Below, piece after piece: positions 36,403-43,806 of a DNA stretch of 64,000 nt. The notes under the pieces were generated by a model. That model was not told the origin of the DNA. It did not search any database and saw only the letters and a program-made list of their open reading frames with translations. How positions within the stretch are numbered: position 1 is the stretch's first letter; each line of letters begins with the position of its first letter. The translations under genes were made by a program, and so were the position numbers. This stretch comes from Pyrinomonadaceae bacterium (GTDB lineage: Bacteria > Acidobacteriota > Blastocatellia > Pyrinomonadales > Pyrinomonadaceae): positions 6,989 through 70,988 of the forward strand of contig DASYLB010000044.1 of NCBI GenBank assembly GCA_036009765.1. Direction: 5' to 3'.

Positions 36403-37398
36403 ATGGTCACCAACGATCGAAGACAGGCTGGACTCTTGAGCACTCGCCGTCATGCCTCAAGACGCGCCGTGGTTGGAGTTGACGGAGGGGGCACCAAGAC
36501 CCGGGCAGTCGTTCTCGATGCCGATTTTCGCGTGCTGGGAGAAGGTCTTTCGGGTGCTTCCAATCCGTTGCGCGTTGGGATCGCCGGCGCGGCGGCGGCG
36601 ATTCGCGAGGCTGTTGATCGAGCTTGCGAAACTGCGCAACTGCGGCGCACCGATTTAATTGCGGCTGAGATTGGACTGGCTGGTGCGCGACGCAGGGAGC
36701 TTAACGCTCGAATGCGCGAAGCGCTTCTCGGACTGGGAATAGCCGAGATTGTTGTTGTCGGCGACGCGGACATTGCATTGTACGGCGCTAGCGAAGGTGA
36801 ACCCGGCGTGATCGTGATTGCCGGTACCGGTTCAATTTGCTGTGGCATCAACGCGCGTCGGAAGACGATCTGTGCTGGGGGCTGGGGCCCAATCGCTGGA
36901 GACGAAGGGGCCGGCGCCTGGATAGCCCGACGAGCCCTGCGCCTCATCGCGCACGCAGTTGACGGACGTGGCCCGGCAACTTCACTGACGGCGGCCGCCT
37001 GTGCTTACTTTCATGTTTCCCAGCCCGACGATTTATCAACTGCCATTTATGCTCCATCGATGACTAACGAGCGGCTTGCCGGTTTCGCCAAAGATGTTAT
37101 TGAAGCTGCCAAGGCGAAGGATCGGGTCGCGCGTGAAATTATCTGTGAAGGTGGCCGCGAGCTTGGTTCCGCGGCTGCCGCGGTAATTCGCAATCTAAAG
37201 CTTGAGCGCGAAGCTTTTCAAGTTGCTTACGTGGGTGGCGTGTTCGAAGGCGCAGGTGAACTGCTGTTGTCACCGATGCGCGAAATACTAAACCGCGTCG
37301 CCCCTAAAGCTCATTTGGGTCCACCCAGATTTTCGCCCGCAGTTGCAGCCGCGCGGATGGCGTGGGAGCATCTCAATCATATGGCGCTTGCTGTTTGA
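36403..37398 (+). CDS. BadF/BadG/BcrA/BcrD-type ATPase: GlcNAc/MurNAc kinase (MurK/NagK-like)
   Basis: VGVDGGGTKTRAVVLD phosphate-1 motif and IAGTGSI. Sits directly upstream of murQ. Confidence 0.8.
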   Translation: MVTNDRRQAGLLSTRRHASRRAVVGVDGGGTKTRAVVLDADFRVLGEGLSGASNPLRVGIAGAAAAIREAVDRACETAQLRRTDLIAAEIGLAGARRRELNARMREALLGLGIAEIVVVGDADIALYGASEGEPGVIVIAGTGSICCGINARRKTICAGGWGPIAGDEGAGAWIARRALRLIAHAVDGRGPATSLTAAACAYFHVSQPDDLSTAIYAPSMTNERLAGFAKDVIEAAKAKDRVAREIICEGGRELGSAAAAVIRNLKLEREAFQVAYVGGVFEGAGELLLSPMREILNRVAPKAHLGPPRFSPAVAAARMAWEHLNHMALAV

Positions 37399-37429
37399 GG
37401 AAGCAGCGACCTGCAATCGTTTCCGGAGT

Positions 37430-37595
37430 GACATGAAGTCAGTACCACCTGCGGTAGCGGGTGGGTCTTTTGATTGGCCATTTGCAATTGTCGATTGCAG
37501 ATTGGCTGACACTGGAATATTAATCTGAAACCTACATTCGACCTTCAGCAACGGACAGACCCACCCGCTACCGCAGGTGGTACTGACCTCATGCC
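37430..37595. repeat. Repeat family C, complete copy with 38-bp near-perfect terminal inverted repeats
   Basis: GACATGAAGTCAGTACCACCTGCGGTAGCGGGTGGGTC ... GACCCACCCGCTACCGCAGGTGGTACTGACCTCATGCC. It ends 10 nt before the murQ ATG. Confidence 0.8.
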
Positions 37596-37604
37596 ACTAT
37601 CTTA

Positions 37605-38519
37605 ATGAATTCTGAGAATCCTGATTTCCCCATTACGGAACGAGAGAATCCGAATTCGCGCAACTTGAGTTCGTCCTCAACTCGCGAAATAGTGCGGCTG
37701 ATGAACGACGAAGATGCGCGCCTTGCTCCAGCGATTGCTCTCGTTCTTTCGGATGTGGAACGAGCAGTTGATGGAATTGTTTCCAAACTAAGAACAGGCG
37801 GCCGCCTTTTTTACATCGGCACTGGAACGTCAGGACGACTGGGTGTGCTTGACGCCGCTGAGTGTCCGCCAACGTTTGGCGTCTCGCCGGATTTGGTTCA
37901 AGCAATCATCGCCGGGGGTTACGAGGCATGCTATCGTGCGGTTGAAGCTTCTGAAGACGATGCCGTAGCCGGCGGAAAGGATTTGCAGGCCCGTAGCTTT
38001 GGCGAAGGCGACGTGCTGGTGGGCATTGCCGCATCGGGCCGTACGCCATATACCGTTGGCGCGGTGGAGTATGCGCGTCGGCTCGGTGGTTTGACGGTGG
38101 CGATTACCTGCGCACCGGGTTCTCCTATTACTAAAGTAGCTGAAGTTAGTATCGTTCCGGTTGTGGGTCCCGAAGTTGTGGCCGGCTCCACCCGACTAAA
38201 GGCGGGTACGGCACAGAAGCTGGTGCTCAACATGCTATCAACTGCGACGATGGTGAAGCTGGGCTACGTTACCGGAAATCGCATGACGAGTGTGGTCCCG
38301 CGCAATACCAAGCTTCATGCACGCGCGCTGCGCATCATCATGGCTGAGACGGGATTGGATGAAGAGGCTGCGTCAGCTGCTTTGGCGGGCGCCGAAGACG
38401 ACTTGCGCCGAGCGATCGTGATGATTAAGACCGGGTATTCGGCTGAAAAAGCAAAGGCTGCGCTCGCAGCTGCCGGCGGTGTGATTGAACAGGCAATGAA
38501 GATTCTTGCAGGCGGCTAG
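37605..38519 (+). CDS. murQ: N-acetylmuramic acid 6-phosphate etherase
   Basis: SIS domain with GTGTSGRLGVLDAAECPPTFG and AASGRTPY. C-terminal helical tail typical of MurQ. Confidence 0.9.
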   Translation: MNSENPDFPITERENPNSRNLSSSSTREIVRLMNDEDARLAPAIALVLSDVERAVDGIVSKLRTGGRLFYIGTGTSGRLGVLDAAECPPTFGVSPDLVQAIIAGGYEACYRAVEASEDDAVAGGKDLQARSFGEGDVLVGIAASGRTPYTVGAVEYARRLGGLTVAITCAPGSPITKVAEVSIVPVVGPEVVAGSTRLKAGTAQKLVLNMLSTATMVKLGYVTGNRMTSVVPRNTKLHARALRIIMAETGLDEEAASAALAGAEDDLRRAIVMIKTGYSAEKAKAALAAAGGVIEQAMKILAGG

Positions 38520-38529
38520 TGCAAGACTG

Positions 38530-38666
38530 TTCAAGTGAATTGCTGGGACCGCGGGCGTCCCGCCCGCAATGAGCGCGAAGCGCGAAAGATAAAAGTGTCA
38601 ACGAAACCTTCGCGCCTGTCGGCGCGTTGCGGGCGGGACGCCCGCGGTCCCAGACAATCTCTTGAG
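38530..38666. repeat. MITE family B, complete copy
   Basis: TTCAAGTGAATTGCTGGGACCGCGGGCGTCCCGCCCGC ... GCGGGCGGGACGCCCGCGGTCCCAGACAATCTCTTGAG. Confidence 0.8.
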
Positions 38667-38694
38667 TGGTTGTGACATACGGTTTCAAAAGTTC

Positions 38695-39597
38695 ATGATT
38701 CAGAACAAAGCTTTTGCTGTGCTTGTACTGCTGATCGCGAGCGTTAGCGCGTTCGGGCAGACGGATCAACCTGCGAAGCCACTGACTTTGGACGCACTTG
38801 TGCGCGCTGAAGTCTCGCAGTTCAAAGGTAAAGTTAGTCTCTTCGCGAAGAACCTCGATACTGGCGCGACCTACGACCTGGGCGGCGACGATCGCGTGCC
38901 GACCGCCAGCACAATCAAGATCGCAATTATGGTTGAAGCATTTGCGCGCGTAACAGAGGGCAAAGCCAAGTGGACCGATGAAGTGATCCTGACCAAAGAA
39001 AAGAAGGTGGGCGGTTCGGGAATCCTCGGCGAGTTCAGCGATGGCCTGCATCTCACGCTCCGTGATGCGGTGAACCTGATGATGACGATGAGCGACAACA
39101 CCGCCACGAATCTGGTGATCGACGTGTTGAGTGCGAACGCTGTGAACGCGCGCATGGATTCGCTCGGGTTCAAGGAAACTCGGCTGATGCGTCGAGTGTT
39201 TGGCGGCGGCGAGAGCCTCGAGGGTAAGAAAGAGGAGAACAAGCGTTTCGGTCTGGGCCGCACGACGCCGCGCGAAATGGTTGCGATCCTGGAAAAGCTG
39301 GAACGAGGTGAAGTCGTCAGTCCGGCCGCGTCCAAAGAGATGATCGAGTTAATGAAACGCGAGCAGGGAACTAACGGCATCTGGCGGGAGCTTTGGCGGG
39401 TCGACAAGGCGACAAAGTCTGGCGCGCTCGACGCCTTGCGCAGCAACATCGGCATTCTTTACCACCCACGCGGGCGCATTGCGATTGCTATAACCTGTAA
39501 CGAAATGCCTGAACCGAATTGGACTGTAGACAATCCGGCGCTGTTGTTGATGTCAAGACTCTCGGAAGTTTTGGTAGATGGCTTAGGGAAGCCATAG
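38695..39597 (+). CDS. Secreted class A beta-lactamase-fold serine hydrolase
   Basis: SxxK (ASTIKIAI), SDN (MSDNTATN) and KSG (ATKSGAL) motifs. Signal peptide MIQNKAFAVLVLLIASVSAFGQ. Confidence 0.8.
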   Translation: MIQNKAFAVLVLLIASVSAFGQTDQPAKPLTLDALVRAEVSQFKGKVSLFAKNLDTGATYDLGGDDRVPTASTIKIAIMVEAFARVTEGKAKWTDEVILTKEKKVGGSGILGEFSDGLHLTLRDAVNLMMTMSDNTATNLVIDVLSANAVNARMDSLGFKETRLMRRVFGGGESLEGKKEENKRFGLGRTTPREMVAILEKLERGEVVSPAASKEMIELMKREQGTNGIWRELWRVDKATKSGALDALRSNIGILYHPRGRIAIAITCNEMPEPNWTVDNPALLLMSRLSEVLVDGLGKP

Positions 39598-39602
39598 GTT
39601 GA

Positions 39603-39735
39603 AAGAGCTGGGGCAGCCCGCCTTCCCGACCCCGAGACTTTCTAACTGTACCGGTCGTTCTAACCTTGAGCGCCCTTCAAGACTTGGCGATCAACGATAA
39701 TCAGCTCATGGTGAGGAAGGTGGTTGCCCCCGCTG
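39603..39735. repeat. MITE family A, complete copy
   Basis: AAGAGCTGGGGCAGCCCGCCTTCCCGACC ... GGTGAGGAAGGTGGTTGCCCCCGCTGG. Lies 5 nt after the hydrolase stop and 19 nt before the transporter ATG. Confidence 0.8.
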
Positions 39736-39754
39736 GTTTTGTTTAGGTGAGCAA

Positions 39755-41368
39755 ATGAAGCCCATTGATCTCGTTATTATTTTCGGCTACCTGATCGGCA
39801 TCACGTTGTTTGGTGTTTGGTTTTCACGCAAACAGGAAACGACGCGAGACTATTTTCTCGGCGATCGAACCGTGCCCTGGTGGGCGATCGCCGCTTCGAT
39901 TGTCGCCACCGAAACCTCAACGATCACATTCATCTCGGTCCCCGGAATTGCATTCGCCCGTAACGGAAATTTTCAATTCATTCAACTGGTTTTCGGATAC
40001 CTGCTCGGACGCATAGTAATTTCTCTGCTGTTCATCCCTTCGTACTTTCGCGGCGAGTTGATGACTGTTTATCAACTGCTCGAACGACGCTTCGGGAATC
40101 GCATCAAGATGTTGGCGGCATCACTCTTTGTGGTGATGCGCAACATTGCCGACGGCATTCGTCTACTGCTGACGGCGTTCGTGCTGGCGGCGGTTTACAC
40201 GGCTTTTCAACCACAGGCAAACGCCGAGACGATTGTGATCCTATCGGTGATCCTGCTCGGCGTGGTGATGATCATCTTCACCTACTTCGGGGGGATGGAA
40301 GCAGTTATTTGGGTTGAGGTCGTGCAGCTCGGAATCTACATCGCAGGCGCGGCCATGGCCGGCGTTGTTCTGGTCATGGCGACCAAAGGTGGTCTGGGCC
40401 AAGCCGTCTCGCTCGGTGAGCAGTATCACAAGTTCAACTTTGTCGACTTCGGAATCAGGCCGACCAGCTACGCTTTTGCGGCGCCGTTTACTGGCCGTAC
40501 CTTCAATTTCAGTTTGCCGATCGATTTCACGAAAACTTACACGCTTTGGGCGGGTTTGCTCGGCGGGTGCTTTCTGACAATGAGCACGCACGGCACCGAT
40601 CAATATTTGGTGCAACGTTATTTGTGTACCGACAAACCGCGGCGGGCAGCTCTGGCGCTACTGACTAGCGGCGCAGTTGTGTTTGCACAATTCGTCGGTT
40701 TCCTGTTCATCGGTGTTCTGCTCTTTGCTTTCTACGCGCCGCATACCGATCCGGCTTATGGGACATTGGCAAACGGCGTTGCCACGCTGCCATCTTTAGG
40801 AGCCGCCGGAACATTTCAAGCGGTTGGCGGAGACCGTGTGTTTCCAGACTTCATCACGAAGTTCATGCCGTCGGGCTTATCTGGACTGGTGGTAGCCGCG
40901 ATTTTTGCCGCGGCGCTTTCGTCGTCGCTCAATTCAATAGCGGCGACTGCGGTAAACGATCTTTACAAACCGTTCCGGCCGAAACGCGACGATAAGCACT
41001 ATCTACGCGTCTCGCACTGGTTAACATTGCTGTGGGGAATCGTTCAAATCGGCGTGGCGCTGATTGCGATGCGACAGAACCGCTCGGCGCTCGATCAGGC
41101 ATTGTCAGTAGCATCGCTTATCAACGGTCCGGTGCTGGGCGTGTTTCTGGTTGGGACTTTCCTGCGACGCGTGAGCGAACCGCCGGCCTTGATCGGGATG
41201 TTGGCGAGCATGGTGGTGATGCTCTACATACGTTTCTGGACGCCCATTGCCTGGACCTGGTATGTCCTGATCGGAAGCTTAATAACTTTTGTTGTCGCCT
41301 GGTTGGCAGGATACTTCTTTGCTGCCGCTCCGAGCGATCGCCGCGACGAACTTTCACCGACAGGATGA
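39755..41368 (+). CDS. Sodium:solute symporter (SSS) family transporter
   Basis: 537 aa, about 13-14 TM helices. N-terminal DYFLGDRTVPWWAIAASIVATETSTITFISVPG is the SSS signature. AGGTGA RBS. Confidence 0.85.
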   Translation: MKPIDLVIIFGYLIGITLFGVWFSRKQETTRDYFLGDRTVPWWAIAASIVATETSTITFISVPGIAFARNGNFQFIQLVFGYLLGRIVISLLFIPSYFRGELMTVYQLLERRFGNRIKMLAASLFVVMRNIADGIRLLLTAFVLAAVYTAFQPQANAETIVILSVILLGVVMIIFTYFGGMEAVIWVEVVQLGIYIAGAAMAGVVLVMATKGGLGQAVSLGEQYHKFNFVDFGIRPTSYAFAAPFTGRTFNFSLPIDFTKTYTLWAGLLGGCFLTMSTHGTDQYLVQRYLCTDKPRRAALALLTSGAVVFAQFVGFLFIGVLLFAFYAPHTDPAYGTLANGVATLPSLGAAGTFQAVGGDRVFPDFITKFMPSGLSGLVVAAIFAAALSSSLNSIAATAVNDLYKPFRPKRDDKHYLRVSHWLTLLWGIVQIGVALIAMRQNRSALDQALSVASLINGPVLGVFLVGTFLRRVSEPPALIGMLASMVVMLYIRFWTPIAWTWYVLIGSLITFVVAWLAGYFFAAAPSDRRDELSPTG

Positions 41369-41383
41369 TTCAGAAACTACAAA

Positions 41384-41524
41384 TAGCGGGGGCAAGCCCG
41401 CCTTCCTGACCCTGAGCTGACTATCGTTGAGCGCCAATCCGTTGATTGAAAGGATCTCGAGGTTAGAGCAACCGGTCCAGTTAGAAAGTTTCGGGGTCGG
41501 GAAGGGCGGCTTGCCCTCGCTGCT
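41384..41524. repeat. MITE family A, complete copy, inverted relative to 39603-39735
   Basis: ATAGCGGGGGCAAGCCCGCCTTCCTGACC ... GGTCGGGAAGGGCGGCTTGCCCTCGCTGC. Its interior is the reverse complement of the 39603 copy interior. Confidence 0.8.
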
Positions 41525-41537
41525 TCGCTTCTTTTTT

Positions 41538-43478
41538 ATGTTTAAGTCCACTGATCAAATGAAACCAAGACCTGCAAACAACATCCGCCGCGAATGCGCA
41601 CTTGTTTTATTGACGGCTATTTTGATTGCCGGCGTATTTCAGCCTGGTACACAATCAGCGGCGCGTGGGAAAAAATCTTCCGCCGTCAAGCCTTACTCTT
41701 CCAAGCCGACCAAAGAAGCGCTCCAATGGGCCGACAAAGAACTGCGCCGGATGTCGCTTGATGAAAAGATCGGTCAGCTTGTTTCTGTCGGCATCAACGC
41801 CACGTTCCTGAACCAGGACAGCGAAGCTTTCAAAGCGTTGCGCCACCAGGTTGAGGACAATCACGTCGGCGGCATCATCCTGTTTCGCGGTCCAGTCTAT
41901 GAATCGGTAGTTCTCGTGAATCGCATGCAGTCGCTCGCGCGTTATCCGTTACTCATTTCCTCCGATCTCGAAGCAGGCGCCGGCATGCGCTTCGACGACA
42001 CCGTCAATCTTCCCTGGAACATGGCCGTGGGCGCGACTGACAATCCGGATTACGCGCGACGACAGGGAGCGTTGACGGCGCGCGAGTCACGCGCGTTGGG
42101 CGTGCAACAAATCTACGCGCCGGTCGCTGACGTGAATAACAACGCGGCGAATCCAGTAATTAACGTTCGGTCTTACGGAGAAGATCCGGCGGCCGTGGGA
42201 AGGTTTGTCGCAGCGTTCGTCGAGGGTGCGCAAAACAACGGCGTGATATCCACGGCCAAGCATTTCCCCGGTCATGGAGATACGGCGACTGATTCACATC
42301 GTGGCCTGCCGGAGATCAACGTCAGCCGCGATCGGCTGAACGCGGTAGAGTTGGTGCCGTTCCGGGCGGCAGTCAAGGCTGGTGTCGGTTCGGTAATGAC
42401 TGGGCACATTGGCATGCCGCAGATTGATCCGACCGTGGTTGTCCCTTTGCCTCGCGACGTAAAGCTAAAGCCTATCGACACCGACGAGAGCAGCGAAGTT
42501 GTAATGGAGAAGGGAACGATGCCCACTACGCTGTCGCCGGTAATGAATGGAATGCTGCGGCACGACCTGGGCTTTGATGGCTTGATTGTTACTGACGCAA
42601 TGAGCATGAGTGGGTTGACGCTTTATTTCACGCAGGAGGAAGCGTCAGTGCGCGCGCTCGAAGCAGGAGCCGATCTGTTGTTGAAGCCCGCCGATCCGGA
42701 CGCTGCGATTCGCGGAGTGAAAGAAGCTGTCTCTAAAGGCAGACTGAAAGAGCAGCGGATTGACGAGTCTGCACGACGTGTGCTGGCCGCAAAGTTTGAT
42801 CTTGGATTGGTCAGTCAAAGAATCACGCCGCTCGAGGAGATCGATATGAACGTGGCGGGCCAGGAAGCGGTCAAGCTTGCAAGCGAAATTGCTGAGCACG
42901 CCATCACCCTGGTTCGCAACGACGACAAGCTAGTGCCCCAGCGCTCATTAAGACCCGACGCGCGGATTTTCAATCTGGCGATTACGAATGGCGACGACCG
43001 TCTCTGGATCGCTAATACTTTCTCCCAGAGAATCGGGCTGTTTAGTCTTCCGGGGGATGTCGGTGAACGACGAAAAGTGGAAACGGTCGTGCTTGACGAT
43101 CGTTCAACCGACGCTGAGGTTCAGAAGGCATTGGAACGCGCAAAAGGCGCCGACCTCATCGTTGCTTCACTCTATGGGCGCGTTCGCACGGGCCAAGCTC
43201 GCAGCGTTGGCTTGCCTGACGCTGGAGCTAAAGCGCTGTCTGGGTTGATATCGAGTAAGACACCGTTCGTTGCGATTAGTTTTGGTAATCCCTATTTGCT
43301 GCAGAGCTTTCCAGAGCTGCGAACCTACATGGTGGCTTACGGCGACATGCCCAGCCTGCAGCAAGCAGCGGCGCGTGCATTATTGGGCGAGACTGACATC
43401 ACCGGCAAGCTGCCAATTTCGTTGCCCGGCCTGTATCCGCGTGGCGCCGGGATTCAACTGAAGCGTTTTGAAAGATGA
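41538..43478 (+). CDS. nagZ: Secreted GH3 beta-N-acetylhexosaminidase (NagZ-like) with extra C-terminal domain
   Basis: LDEKIGQL, AKHFPGHGDTATDSH and GLIVTDAMSM. I chose ATG 41538; the ORF extension to 41427 lies in a MITE. Confidence 0.8.
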   Translation: MFKSTDQMKPRPANNIRRECALVLLTAILIAGVFQPGTQSAARGKKSSAVKPYSSKPTKEALQWADKELRRMSLDEKIGQLVSVGINATFLNQDSEAFKALRHQVEDNHVGGIILFRGPVYESVVLVNRMQSLARYPLLISSDLEAGAGMRFDDTVNLPWNMAVGATDNPDYARRQGALTARESRALGVQQIYAPVADVNNNAANPVINVRSYGEDPAAVGRFVAAFVEGAQNNGVISTAKHFPGHGDTATDSHRGLPEINVSRDRLNAVELVPFRAAVKAGVGSVMTGHIGMPQIDPTVVVPLPRDVKLKPIDTDESSEVVMEKGTMPTTLSPVMNGMLRHDLGFDGLIVTDAMSMSGLTLYFTQEEASVRALEAGADLLLKPADPDAAIRGVKEAVSKGRLKEQRIDESARRVLAAKFDLGLVSQRITPLEEIDMNVAGQEAVKLASEIAEHAITLVRNDDKLVPQRSLRPDARIFNLAITNGDDRLWIANTFSQRIGLFSLPGDVGERRKVETVVLDDRSTDAEVQKALERAKGADLIVASLYGRVRTGQARSVGLPDAGAKALSGLISSKTPFVAISFGNPYLLQSFPELRTYMVAYGDMPSLQQAAARALLGETDITGKLPISLPGLYPRGAGIQLKRFER

Positions 43479-43518
43479 CAAAGAAGCCGGAGTTGTCTTA
43501 ATCTTGATGTGAAGTTTC

Positions 43519-43761
43519 ATGAAGAAGTCAGAAGAAAGACTTGATCGGCTCGAACGCATCGCCAAGTTACTGGTGCGCGCCGGACTGCGCGCGCGGAGGG
43601 AGATGCGCCAGCAGGACGACAAGATCACGATCATGATGGATGCGCAGATAAAAAACGAAGATCGTTTTGCGGTGTTGGCTGAATCTCAAAAAAACACCGA
43701 CCGCCGCCTTGACGCTTTGATCGAAATCATCAAGGAAGGTCGCAACGGCAAGTCACGCTGA
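43519..43761 (+). CDS. Hypothetical 80-aa charged coiled-coil protein
   Basis: ATG start, no overlap with other genes, heptad-like charged sequence. I recognise no family. Confidence 0.4.
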   Translation: MKKSEERLDRLERIAKLLVRAGLRARREMRQQDDKITIMMDAQIKNEDRFAVLAESQKNTDRRLDALIEIIKEGRNGKSR

Positions 43762-43806
43762 ATACCCTTCTATCAATTTCCACGGTCTCTGTTTGCCAAC
43801 TTACCT

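Noticed and set aside
2557-41551. Small ORFs lying entirely in repeat elements (for example 2557..2826, 3143..3514, 11473..11679, 12853..13086, 16590..16835, 37288..37551, 37343..37528, 41354..41551)
   Set aside because: They are read-throughs of MITE/REP arms (peptides like RLRLTWGYYSL, PPAVAGG, GGLAPAL). They have no RBS and no coding context.
786-43478. Long N-terminal extensions offered by the ORF track (786..2612, 13472..15184, 16688..17476, 23102..25429, 38662..39597, 41427..43478)
   Set aside because: In each case the extension is the translation of a repeat arm or repeat-filled intergenic DNA. An internal ATG gives a proper signal peptide, RBS or family-typical N-terminus.
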